A DNA stretch of 63,719 nucleotides, the filler included, from Reticulomyxa filosa (Eukaryota; Protista; Foraminifera): the NCBI GenBank assembly GCA_000512085.1. It is 21 parts of 21 records of this genome, joined end to end, with 100 filler letters (N's around TTAATTAATTAA, not from the genome) between each part and the next. Parts side by side here need not be neighbours in the genome. Positions count along the whole stretch, not along the records: positions 9,983 to 16,332 come from ASPP01045432.1; positions 16,433 to 19,022 come from ASPP01004991.1; positions 19,123 to 21,339 come from ASPP01016490.1; positions 21,440 to 22,991 come from ASPP01026327.1; positions 23,092 to 24,985 come from ASPP01021837.1; positions 25,086 to 29,249 come from ASPP01009187.1; 15 more parts are not named here. The stretch is one strand, 5' to 3'. Both the position numbers and the translations under genes were made by a program. Within the stretch, counting starts at the first letter, position 1. Each line of letters opens with the position of its first letter. Shown in pieces: positions 12,354-25,159 of the stretch. The notes below the pieces were generated by a model. That model was not told the DNA's origin. It ran no database searches and was given only the letters and a program-made list of their open reading frames with translations.

Positions 12354-12832
12354 AAAAACAAACAGGGAATGAAAATGGTAATATTTTTTGTAAAATATTT
12401 TTGTGAAAACTTTAACTGGACAATTTAACGCCAAAATGGACGTGATTTTCAATAAAAGTGACTTTTTTCAAATAAACTCTTTGCAAAAGCTGGAAGGTTT
12501 CATAACCTTTGTTCGGTTCACTTGGGGGTCAATTGATAGAAAAAAATGCAAACATTTGTATTTTGTTCTCAATATATCGTTGAGTCTCGGAATGTTCTCA
12601 ATTTTGATAAGCATCAAAAAATTGTTGATGTCAAATGGCGGTTGGTGTGTACAAGAGAATTTGTAAAAACTGTTTGTTTTACGATCCAGACTTAGTACAA
12701 AAAACAGTAAGTTTTGTCCTTGTTATTAAAAATCGTGTAAAATTGCGTGTAATGTGTCGTATATAATTGTCTTTATTCCTCTACAAACATATTTTAGGTT
12801 AACCATGTGTTAGGTGTATCACCTTAAAAAAT

Positions 12833-13541
12833 TTACAGCGAAGATCTAAACACCTGACGTTCATTAAAGCCAGCCGCAGGTACTTTGGCAGTTGGAGTTA
12901 TATATGAGTCAACGAGCTTTATAAAAGCTGCCCATTCTGGAGGCTGCAGAAAATTTTTTTCATATTCCGCCGCAGCAGCGTCAAACATATCCTTCTTTGT
13001 AAATTTTACGCTCACTTTACCTTCAAGATCACACGTATATTTGCTATCTTTATCTTGAATATCCGGCGTGTTCGGGTAATAGTTGTACAACTTTAAGGCT
13101 TCCGTTGAGTTGCGAACCCATGCTCCTTTGAACTGTCGAGCGAGCTGGATCAACCAAACACACATTCAATTTGAGGAAATAAAGACTTTTTAAACGTCTA
13201 AAGAAACACTGACTACAAAATTTAGCAAATGAAGGGAGATCGAGTAATAACTTCAAAAAAATTATACGTTCGAATTGGAATATGACAATCAGCACCTCCT
13301 GTCTCCAACGCGATCTCGCAGCTTCTTCCATAGAGACCTCTTAGTAGAGAATTGCCGAATGTTGTCTCTGCTCGTTGTATGTTAGTAGTTTTTTTTTCTT
13401 TCGTAGCTGTGCCTGTTTTGTTTGGATAGTGTAAAGTCGAGTTTATGGAGTGGTCAAAGAACAAAGCTCAACAGCCGCTTCTCTTGCTCGGGCATCAGTT
13501 AACAAAAATTTTTGAGTCATTATCTTACTAAAGTTACTCAT
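12833..13541 (-). CDS. Hypothetical protein, split across frames (introns or frameshifts)
   Basis: Coding-like 110-aa ORF at 13165-12833 with overlapping upstream ORFs and an ATG at 13541. No family recognised. Confidence 0.35.
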
Positions 13542-13803
13542 TTTGACCAGATTTTTGACTATTACAGTGGATAAAACTTTACGAGATTATTCCAAGTGCA
13601 ATTTCAAAAAAAGGGTCCAAAAAGTCTTTTTGCAAGACGAAGAACAATGCAATAAAAGCAGAGAACACTCTGTTCATAAAAATCCATAAGCCAAAAAGTA
13701 ACTGAAAATGTGGTTCAAACTATACTTGTCCGAAAAAGGGAGACCGTGCAGTACGAACATTTATACATTGAAATAACAATCTCAATAAATTTTCTCCAGA
13801 AAC

Positions 13804-14875
13804 ATGTCAGGTTTGTCATGCATCAATTCTGTTCCCTCAAAGAAAGTAGGAACCAATATCTAAACAGTATATAATCTTGCAAAACGTTCAAAAAAAAACA
13901 GACAACGATCCAAGCAAAGAGGTTGTGGACCAAACGAGTAAGTTGATAAAAACTACATTTAACACAACATTAAACGATATGAACAACCGCACAGTACGAA
14001 ATAAGGTCCGAAATTTCTGCAATACGTTGTCGAGTCGGAAATGGAAAAGTACCATTCGGTTGGTATGACTTTTTTTTGGGTAACAAAGAGACACTCACAC
14101 AGACAACTTCCTCAAAAAAAATCATGCAATATAAAATTATAATTTTAAAAGACCAATGGGTGAATTTCTTGGTCCTTCAAATTTTTCACGTCCGTCATTA
14201 AACGGTGACATTTGGGTTCGACTGGCATCCAACACTCATTACTTTATTTCCAATTGTTACGTATTTTAAGATATGTTCATTTTTTTATTTTTGTCCCTTT
14301 AATCTATTTTTTTTTTTTTTTTTTTTGGATTGATAGATGTTCTTATTGCATTGGTCATCATTTCATTTACTGTGTTGAGTCCATTGTTACTTACGTATAC
14401 CTTTTTTTGTGTGTATGTACGCATTTGTAAATATGTATACGCACTTACTTTATTACGCACACATAAACAAATGCAAATACAACAATAAAGATTGACTGAT
14501 CCCATACTGTTTTTTGGAATGTTGTTGATTGGCTACATGTGGTATTGGGCGACGTCCAAAGAATCATTAAAAATATGGACAATTGAGCTCAGCGGCAACG
14601 GCAAGTTCACGACACTTGTTGTTGTCACTGCTATCCTTTTGTTACTTTTAGGATTTCATCAATTAATCCTTATCTCTCTGGCAATTGCATCTTCCAGTTT
14701 TGTCTCTCTTTCTATGCGACATATTACATATTTGTGAAAACGGGTCAATCGATCGGACTTGTACTTTAATATGTTGCTTGGAATAGTCACATTTGTTCAT
14801 GCGATAATGCACAACCCACAACTTGCAGATACTGAAGCCGACGGATTTGAACTTTTCTTAAATCAAGACATATGA
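13804..14875 (+). CDS. PRA1: PRA1 family protein (prenylated Rab acceptor), multi-exon
   Basis: Spliced exons give IRL-RPMGEFLGPSNFSRPS...VRLASNTHYFISN, two hydrophobic hairpins, and VTFVHAIMHNP...LNQDI*. These match the PRA1 RPW.EF / N..YF..NY / HA motifs. Confidence 0.8.
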
Positions 14876-15656
14876 TTTGATATTGGGAGGAAGAAAAATT
14901 TATTGTTATAAAAAAAAACTACACATTTCAAAATTTTTTAAATATTATGTTGGCCAAATTCCAATATTTGTTGTTTGAAATAAATGAGTTAATGCGCAAG
15001 AATCGTAACAAAGAACATGTGTTGTATTTGATTGCGAAAGATTGTATTTCTAAGCAAAAAAATTTCACTTTTCAAAAAATCGTTTCACTCTTTTTTTAAC
15101 GCTTATTTCTTACCATTTGATCTGCACACTTAATCACTCGATGATTATTGTTGTAATTCTTCTTTTTTTGGGTGCTCCTTCCCAAAAACAAAAAAAATCT
15201 CGCAACAAAAAAATTTCGTATGCAATAGCGCTTTATTATTTGATTTTTTTTTTTTTTTTATGTAATTGCTTTGTGCTATTGTTTTTTTTTGTATTGTATT
15301 TTGAGTATTTTTTATTTTTATCTTTCTTCTAGTGCGAATGAAGGAAAGAATAAAAATCTTTTTCATTTACAAGACAACATGAGTGCGGATGTATTGCATC
15401 TATGACTAACATTTGTTTCAGCTTGAAGAAGAAATCATAGATCACAACAGTGTAGACTCTTTCGCTATTTTGTCATTTTTTTTGTCAAAAACTTTCAAAA
15501 ACGGCTAGTATTGTAGTTGAGAACAAAAAAAAAAAAAAACCAAAAATGAAGAATTAAAGAAGTAAAAAAGTAGTTTTTTAAGTTGAAAGAATAGGCAGTC
15601 ATCACCAAAGAGACAAACACAACAACAACTTTTGTGCAACATGTTGTAGTCAATAA

Positions 15657-16286
15657 TCAAGGAGTAGCAGTCATCTTTCGAACAATACGTTTGAGTTTAT
15701 TTTCTAAGATTCGTCCAACGCAGTCAACACAATAAAACTGATTCATGTCCTTGGACGCTTGAATGCCCAAAGTTTTCATTTGTTGTGGATGTTCAAAGGC
15801 GTATCGCATCCAGTACTTTAAAGAGTCAAGTTTCACCCGACTCCAATAATGGCCCCGAAAAGGCCATCTGCAATGCGATCCAACTCGGGTTCGATGGACA
15901 CCAAAATACTGTTTTGTTCGTGTTTAATATATTCGGTGGGACCGCTGAAATTGGTCGCAATGACAGGGATGCCGACACTCATAGCTTCACTATGCGGACG
16001 TCCCCAGCCTTCGCCGCGCGAGGGCAAGACAAAGACATTGGACAACTGATACAACAGAGGCATGTCCACATCAGGCAGCGGGAAAGGCACCAAGCGCAGA
16101 TAAGGCATCTGATTCGAGTGCGATTCGTACAGTTGTTTCAATTTGTCGTCGCTCCAAATAAACTCTTCAATTTTCTGATCAAAGTTATTCGATGTATGGT
16201 ACGCATTGATCAATATCAACAGCACGACATTAGTTCGGGTGACATTTACAAATTCTTCCAAATATGCTTTCAATAAAAATTGCCAC

Positions 16287-16288
<2 letters not shown>
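15657..16288 (-). CDS. GT4 / glycosyltransferase group 1 protein, 3' exon with apparent frameshifts
   Basis: FVLPSRGEGWGRPHSEAMSVGIPVIATNFSGPTEY carries the EX7E motif. The C-terminus continues in shifted frames (PFRGHYW...; MRYAFEHP...KMTATP*). Confidence 0.85.
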
Positions 16289-16325
<37 letters not shown>

Positions 16326-16432
16326 ATTTTTTNNNNNNNNNNNNNNNNNNNNNNNNNNNNNNNNNNNNNNNNNNNNTTAATTAATTAANNNNNNNNNNNN
16401 NNNNNNNNNNNNNNNNNNNNNNNNNNNNNNNN

Positions 16433-17680
16433 TTCCAAGTGATATAGAAAGAATTGAACTCCTTGTATTTTTTTATTAGTACAACAATTGTTATATTTGA
16501 AAGAGATAAATTGTACAATTGATAAAATCATTTGTATATTTTGCTTTATTAACTGATACAAAATTGGATAAATCATCTCTATCAACAAAATCAATTGTGC
16601 GGAAGTGCCAAGTATGATTGAGAATGAGACAAGCCCATTTGGCATGCGTGTCATTGACATCAAGGTCATTGTAGAATTGAATATGAACATTACATTCTGG
16701 AGATAGTTTGTTTGGATTTCCAAGTTGTAGTAATTTTATTTTCAACTTATTTTCATCAAATAACATTATTGTTCGATGTTGATAATCAAATAAAATTTCA
16801 TAATCTTTCCATTTTCCATTCGATAACATACACACTCTTTCAGGAGTACTATCTCTTGTTTTATATCTATTTAAAATGATTGGATATGTAATTTATATCA
16901 CTTGTTTTATTAAAATAACAAAATAAATACATATATGTAATCAATACATGATTTGTTGACTGATTAATTGTTTGTAATAATGCCACAGCAATAAGGATTG
17001 GATATTATTATTTTGATAATAGCTATTATTATCATCTCCTTTTTTGAATCCAAGATATTGTAAATTTTTTTCCATATCCATGAATACTTGCTCAAAATCT
17101 GCACTTAACATATGACATTTCTTAAATAAAGGTTGCATAAAGTTTGTTTGTTAATTTGCGATATTTTATGCGTTTAGGATATTTCAAAATATTCCACAAA
17201 ATATGTAAACATATTTCTCTCAATATTTTTATTTCATTTTCTTCTTTTGATCTATTAAATAATTTTTTGGTTGCACTTTACAAGCATGCGTACATTTTGT
17301 ACACATTTAACTCATCTAAGTTGGAATTTCTACAAATCTCCTTTAATTTCTCTCGTGTATCAGCATAAATTTGCTTGCAATTTCTCCATATTTTCAAAAT
17401 AGTTATTTTGTTAATTTTATTACCAAATCTTTTTAGTAACCTCATTAAATTTGATTGTTGTTGAAAAGTCGTGCTATAATTAATGTATATTATTAAAATT
17501 AGTTTTAGAAAAAGGATTTTGAACAAGTTTGTTGTCAAATGTATTTGTATGGCTTAACTTATTGTCTACGATGAATCTGAGAATAATGGCTGCTATTTCC
17601 AAGTCTTCATTGCACAAATTCCATATCCTTGAGATAATCTCTTCTTCAATTGTGCTGAATACTTCTTGAAGCTGTTCCAT
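16433..17680 (-). CDS. Member of an expanded hypothetical family with an N-terminal CUE-like helical domain (multi-exon, may be decayed)
   Basis: MEQLQEVFSTIEEEIISRIW...DLEIAAIIL looks CUE-like. A downstream exon reads CMLSNGKWKDYEILFDYQHRTIMLFD...WACLILNHTWHFRT. Confidence 0.45.
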
Positions 17681-19122
17681 TTGAGATAGAAAAAGTAGTG
17701 AAAAAGTTTGAACTTTGTTGACACCAACTTAATTTAAAGTATAAATTTTCGTCAAAATTATTAGAAAAAATATTCTATTCAAAAGTAAAATTAATTTATG
17801 AGTGTTTCATAGTATTGTTGAGCTTTTTTTTAATTTTCAAGAAAGCTTTGTGAGATTGAGTGTAGGTTTTCCTAACTGTGCTGATCTACAATACAAAAGA
17901 GCTCACTCTTTTATAGACTCACAGCTCAAATGGGTTTAAATTTCTTTGGATTTGTTAAATGGCGATTAGTATTGCAATCCTCTGGATATCGCTATGAATT
18001 TTTAATTCACCACATTAATTGCTTTATCCCAATTATTAAACGACTGACAGTATTTCCAGAGCTTTGAATGCTCTAACAAAACGAAATAAAGAGGTTTACT
18101 CTGTTTTTAAAAGCAAAATAAGAGGCTTTGCTTTACACAAGTTCTGACAGTTTGAATTCTTTCGATTGCATATATTTATATATTTCAGTTTTCGAAAGAC
18201 AAAATATTATATCTACTTGTTTTGGCGGTCCATACTAGATACGTTCGGCCAATTAAAAAATCAAAAATATTTATTTTTCACATATAAGATCAATTACCTT
18301 CATAATGTGGCAGCAATTACCTGTTTGTGATGATATTAAATCATTCTTTGAATATACATATGTGTGATATTTGAAAACACTTTACCCAGTCCATTGAGAG
18401 GTTGAATAAAGAAGACAATGATATACACATGATTGAAGGAAAAGGGGAATAATATCAACTCATATGAAGACTAAAGCGCGTGTATGTGATCATTCACAAT
18501 TGGTAATCATTGTTTATTTATGTATCTATTTATCTTGATGAAACACAAATAAACTGTATTGTATAAAATTGATTAACAAATAATAAATGATAAAATTAGG
18601 ATGGATCAATAATTTTGATCAAATCATTATCAAATACATTAGATGATAAATTTTAAAGAAGCAAAATTAAAATACTTTTGGTTTTATTTCATAATCATCA
18701 AATTTCTTTACTTCACCTTTTGCGTTTTTATTTCAAAAACGGAAATAGACTGTTTTACCATCACAAATATATCTTCTTATATTTATTTTTATTGTTGTAT
18801 ATAACAAGGAAATGTCTATCTTTGACATTCCCCTTTGATTTTATCAAGAGTACTAACAGTTCTAAGGAAATTTGAGAGGAATACATTAGTTTGTTTTTTT
18901 TCATTAAAAAAATGAGATTTATTTTTGAAGTACAGTCAAGGTCTGTCTGATTCATCATACCTTTCTTTTGATGAAGAAATGAAATAAGATTGCTTTCGAT
19001 TTGAGTTGCTTTATCATTTTTTNNNNNNNNNNNNNNNNNNNNNNNNNNNNNNNNNNNNNNNNNNNNTTAATTAATTAANNNNNNNNNNNNNNNNNNNNNN
19101 NNNNNNNNNNNNNNNNNNNNNN

Positions 19123-19680
19123 TACAGCCAAGAACTGGCTTTTGCAAACAAATTGGTCTGAAGACACCCAAATTTTATTTGTGAGAAATGTTTGAAAGAT
19201 TTTCTTACAAATAATAATAACTCATTAAGATAATGATACTTCTTCATTTTTCATTCTATCATCACAAATGACAAAACAATAGAAAAAGAGAAGAAATTGT
19301 TTTGATCATATACCAAATTTTTTGGGAATAAAATGATGCATAATCAGTTGTTTATATCATTCAGATAATATTGACGTATTCGATCTGAACACATGCAAAC
19401 ATAATAAACACGGATACTTAAGAATTTATATCCTCGGAAGGGTCAATCAAAATCATATAAGAGCAGTACACATGAGAACAAAAGTCGAAGAGTGGATGAA
19501 AAAGGAGACAAATTTAGATAAACAATGGATGAAAAAAAGAAGATTTGAAAACAATTTGAAGAAATGAAGAAAACTGACAGATGGAGCATGACTGCAATGT
19601 GTTTTCAAATGGAAAATAAAAGAACATTTAAATATCTCATTAAATAATTGAAAAAAGAAATTAAATCAAAAAATGAAGGT
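19123..19680 (+). pseudogene. RING/TRAF-type zinc-finger gene remnant
   Basis: Fragments CKQ, CEKCLKDFL and C.FKWKIKEHL, interrupted by stops and frameshifts. Confidence 0.35.
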
Positions 19681-19789
19681 TCAATCAAAGGTCCAATTTA
19701 TGTTTGTGGATGAACACATGTGAATAAAGCTTTTTGGTTTATCTTTTTTTTCCTTCATTAAAAATATTATGTTGCCAAAAACATAATGA

Positions 19790-20247
19790 TTAAATTTGTT
19801 TATTGTTATCAACATCCCATACACGAACTGTTTTATCATCTGATCCAGAGCAAATAAATTGACAATAATCAAATGTTGGATAATCAACACTATTCACCGC
19901 ATTAGTATGTCCAGTGAATGTATTGATTAATTTGGATGATGATCAAAATGTCTCAAACATGAAGACAGTGTTGAATAAACATTTGAGCATTTTAATTGAT
20001 ATTTTTTAAAAAAGAACAAATGAACTAACATAATTGGCAACGAGTTTGTCAAACTCATTAATCCATCAAAATTTGATTTGTAATATTCGAATCCAATGCT
20101 GTATGATTACTTGAATATTTTCTTCTTCAGACTGTTTGAATCACAAATTACATACAATAAAAAGAACAACAACTTTCTGAAAGCTTGTACTAAAGCTTAC
20201 CAATGCTAGTTGTGTTGAAGTTCGCTTCTCATTTCTAGAGTTGTCAT
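19790..20247 (-). pseudogene. WD40-repeat protein pseudogene (expanded family)
   Basis: EENIQVIIQHWIRILQIKF*WINEFDKLVANY, then FTGHTNAVNSVDY...FICSGSDDKTVRVWDVDNNKQI. It has an in-frame stop and is truncated after one repeat. Confidence 0.8.
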
Positions 20248-21305
20248 TTTGTTTTTTTTCTTAAGATTGCCCTTGAGAGGAAAAAAAGTTCAAAATCTTC
20301 CATTTTACATCATCAAAAACAATGAAAAGAGCGTTTTAAAAAATATTTTGGCAATATGAAAAATAGGATTTTAACAATACTATGATTCCTTTTTCAATGA
20401 AGATAAACATTTTTTTATAACTTGTCCAAAACTGAGTATGCACGTACATCACAAATTTTTTTTTTACAAAATCTTTCAAATTTTTTGGTAGTTTTTAAAG
20501 AACGTTTGAAAACAAAAAGGAGCTTCGTTGTTGAAATAAAAAGTGTTGTTTAACATGGTTTTATAAATTTTAAATGTATTTGCTCCTTGTTTTTAAATTG
20601 ATTATTGCTTTGCAAGCTTGAAGAGTAAAAATGTGAATATCCGACCGCGTAAATAATCGAAGATTATGTAATTACATAAATTTTATATACAACATTTGAT
20701 CTTAGCAGGAAGGCCGAGAAGGATAAGCAAAATCAAAAATATTCATATCCAAACAATGCAAAATATTTGTTGATAAAGTGTTACGTTCTATCTTCTGCAC
20801 TTTACCGACAATTTTTTTTCTATATCCTTCATTTTCATTAATACAACCATTCAGATTTTTAGTATTCTTTTTTTTGCTTTTACTATATCTCCATTCCATT
20901 TACACACTGCGTGCTAATTTTGATGGATCCATAAAACTTTTTTAAAGATTAAAAAACAAATCAAAAAATGTCAAAAAGAGGAAATAAATGATTTGAGCCA
21001 AATCTTTAATTTATAAGCATTTCTATTTGATTTTATTGATAAACACAAAATTGGGTGTAGATGATTGGAAAAAGTTTGTATTTTTGGAAGAAATAAAGTA
21101 ACTTATATTGAAGTGATTGAATTCACTATATATGGAAAAAGAGAGGTTTAGAAAGAACGATATTTGGGAGTGTAGCATATAGTATGTATGTGCTTTGGTG
21201 CTAAAGGCGTTGACGTTCTTGCAAAATTGAAGGATTGAACAATTTATAAAGAAATATTATATGATGAAATGCTAAAAAGCATTCTATATTGCTTATGCAA
21301 TAATA

Positions 21306-21339
21306 CAGTATGTTGCAAAGAAAACTGAACGCATAAAAC
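21306..21339 (+). mobile_element. Tc1/mariner-type terminus, copy 2 (cut by contig end)
   Basis: TA|CAGTATGTTGCAAAGAAAACTGAACGCATAAAAC. Confidence 0.7.
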
Positions 21340-22559
21340 NNNNNNNNNNNNNNNNNNNNNNNNNNNNNNNNNNNNNNNNNNNNTTAATTAATTAANNNNN
21401 NNNNNNNNNNNNNNNNNNNNNNNNNNNNNNNNNNNNNNNGCTGCAGAGAGTCCCCAGCAACAACAGCAATAGTAGAAGCAACAGTAATAGCAACATTATC
21501 AGCAGTATCGATGGTTATTGTAGTACATGAAAGTAAAAGGAGTGGGGCAACATCGCAGTCGAATTGCTGCTAATGGAAATCTAATATATCAAATTATGGA
21601 GCCACATTACAACATATGCACCTATTATTTCTCCAATGAAATTCATTTTGTTCATCATTGAACAAAAATCGATTTTAATGACGGCATGTATCGAATATGG
21701 ATCATGGCGTATAATTTTTTTTTATTAAAAAAAAGGTTCATATAAAATGTAGTGTGGTGCATGATTGATTGAAAGAAAAGTGAACAATTTGGTGGTGAAT
21801 TGATTATAATCAACCCATATTCCAAGTTATAATGTTTTTTTATAATGTTATTGGAAAATATTTGAAATATGTAGGTGGTCAATACACAAATATATAACAT
21901 AGATCTCCAAAGTGGTTGTAGTGCCAGCAAGCAAGAGCAAAGTGAAGTTCCAAAGTTGGTGGCATTATTCGATTGCAATGTGTTTTATATTTAACGCTTG
22001 CTCAAATTTTTTATTCAAAAAATGTCTGTTTTTTTGTGTGGATTGTTGTTTCTTGTGATATTTTTTCACAATGATAAGTTGATGTTCCAATTCTCCAACT
22101 CACCTGATATGTTTATAATCTCTTTAGATTTTTCGCAAAAGAAATTTTCTGAAATGGAATATTTTTTGAGTTTTTAATGTGATAATTAAGTTTTTTTGAC
22201 TTAAACACTCTGTATCTTTTTATTTCATTGAATTATTTGAGTTTTTTGCTAATAAGAATTATTTATCTGTGTCAACAACAGCTTTTTATAATTTTAATGG
22301 CTGATCTTTCCACAAATTGTTAAAAAAATATTGAAATATTAAATTTATTCAGTTTTCAAAAAACTTACTTGCACAAGTTAAAATTTAATTTTGAAGGCTG
22401 TCCACTAAATTTTTTTATCTTCAGTCTAAATCTTGCATGATCGTGACCACCTCAAACTATAGCCTTTTGTGATCCATATACAACGCAGACATGTCCAAAA
22501 AGCACATGGCAAAAACGATGGGAAAAAGAGAAAGCACGTGCTCTTGCTCTTCCAATGGC

Positions 22560-22880
22560 AACAATCTGTTTTCCACTTTTTTGCTTGACTCATTACTCCA
22601 TATACTTTGATATTTTTCATCATCAGGGTGTAGCGTCCATGATATGGGACTCCCATCAAAGGAAAGTAATGTTACTATATTTTTGTTTTCGCTTTTTTTT
22701 AGCTTCCACATTACACTTAATTACACTATGTCCTTGCAATTCCATATTCTACGGATATCTTTACTATTTTTTTTGTATTCCTCCTTCACTACGTGGTACG
22801 AGTAACAATTACCGTTTGATATCAATAGTTTAGTATTGAAAGTCACATAATCATGCGTGAAGACAAAGAGGTACATGATC
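22560..22880 (-). pseudogene. Kelch-type beta-propeller family pseudogene
   Basis: Fragments NCYSYHVVKEEYK, IVTLLSFDG and YTLMMK..KYQSIWSN in shifted frames. Confidence 0.5.
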
Positions 22881-25159
22881 TCGTTGTTTTTCTTTTTTTA
22901 TGAACGAAGTTACACCCCTGACCATAGTTTTTATATCTTTATTGTTGTTCAAGCTTGCTTTCTGTATTTCAATCTTGAAATTCAATAACTTNNNNNNNNN
23001 NNNNNNNNNNNNNNNNNNNNNNNNNNNNNNNNNNNTTAATTAATTAANNNNNNNNNNNNNNNNNNNNNNNNNNNNNNNNNNNNNNNNNNNNCAGGTCTGC
23101 AAATACCACTTGACTCTTTGTGGTTCTATAAACACAACAACAAGTCAAGTAATTTTTTATTTAAAAAAAACAAAAAATATATACATTTGACAATTAGTAT
23201 AGTCTAAAATTATAATTTAATATTCACTTTCACATTATACAATATATCAAAAAAATATATATTTGATTTAGAAAAAAAATATTTCATAATAAAACAAAAA
23301 CATAATAAAAAATAAAGATACAAACTTTTTTTTCTTTCAAATATTAAGTTGTTTCAACCAAAATGTTTTCTTTGAATGTATTTTAACTTTTTTTTTTTTA
23401 GATATGATGAAGCTGTTATCAAATAACAAGCATTTATCATGAAAAATATATATATATATATGACAAAACTGTTTTTACTCCTTGCGGAGACGGGGGAGGC
23501 ATTGCACATTTTATTTTTTTATTTTTTTTCTTTTGTTGAATGATGAACAGATACAAACAGAAAATTCATTTTTTTATTATTATCAAAGTGGACGTCTATT
23601 GAATAAAAACACAAAACCACTTTTTAAGTTAAAAAATATATCAAAAAACATACATATATCAGCCAAAATACAAGTTGGCACAGAAGATACAACAACAAAA
23701 AACCTCCCCTTTTCTCTTCAGTAAGACGAACATGCGACGAATAAATGTTTATTAAAAAAGATGCCGAAGTTGCAATTTTAAAAATATTTTCACATTTTTG
23801 ACGAAACAACTTGAAAAAAGCAAAGAATTGCATGTTTCATTTGTGCTGTACAATTGTGATCCCAAAAACAGATTAGCCATAGATAATTGAAAATTATAAT
23901 TATTTTTTGGAATGAATCCTTAGTCAAATATTATTCACACTTTTTCTTGAGTAACATTTTTTTCCTCTGAAAGTGACAAGTTTTCACTTTTTAGAAAAAA
24001 GTTCTCGGGGAATATAAATGTGGTTTCTCTTCTCTTCAAACAACATAACAATCCAAACTTATACAACATGGAATTTGCTCTCGAGAGCTCCTTCACCAAT
24101 GCACTCAGCTGCAAAATGCAACAATTGCCGAAAAAGAAAGAGTCAGTGTAAATCCAAGACACTCGAAACAACAGCATTCAAAAAAAGACACTATTATCGC
24201 GCGCAAACAAATACGCTTATCTATTGTAGTCTCTCCTGACATTGGCGACATTCAGGTTGACGTTGTATATCTATCTTTACGTCGAAGCGAGGACACTAAT
24301 TTCGTGTTTCATGCACTTTCGGAACAAAAACAAACTGAATGTGAAAAAGAAAAATCTCGTCTTGGATGCTATATTATTGCCTTGGATTTTCTCTTTTTAG
24401 TCTTTTTTTTAAGCAATTATGAGAAATATCATAAGAATCAAGACAACTTCGAGCAAATGACTACAGGATGAACAACAGTGTGCCTGCACAGAAATTAAGA
24501 CATTCAGATTTTCAGAAGTTTTTTTACACAAGCTAATTCGAAAATAGGAAAATGCTTCTATAACCGTCAACCTGGAACAAAATTTTGTCAATGTTGTTTC
24601 GCTTTTTGGGTCAGTGAAAAAGGTATTGCCGAAACTGTGATGATGAGTTTTCTTAGAGGCGACCAACAACAAAAAACTAAAAGAACATCTATGTTTCAAA
24701 TTAAACAACGGAGAAAAAATGATTCAATTGTTTGAGTGCATTTACAAAATCTTCCTGGACTCATCATATGATCAGTTCACAACACAAACAATCAACAGTA
24801 AAGAAAGTAAAAAAAAAAAAGGAAACAAACAAAAAAAAAAATTCTTATGACACAAATTACAAAAGACGACCCAGATTCAACTTTTTTTTTGCCTTGGAGA
24901 CTCAGACTTCTCACGAACTTCACTTCCAAACGGTTCTTGGTGGCGTGACGCACTTCTAATTTTTTTTTACAAAAAAAAAAAAAAANNNNNNNNNNNNNNN
25001 NNNNNNNNNNNNNNNNNNNNNNNNNNNNNTTAATTAATTAANNNNNNNNNNNNNNNNNNNNNNNNNNNNNNNNNNNNNNNNNNNNCCCCCCCTCCCGTTT
25101 GTTCGGAAAATGAAATAAAAAAAAATATTTAATAAGTCGGCCCTCACATTCAACTTACC

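Noticed and set aside
13350-13450. In-frame TAA codons as stop-codon reassignment or Euplotes-style frameshifting
   Set aside because: Intact genes in the window end normally at TAA or TGA, and the frameshift sites lack a common AAA-TAR motif.
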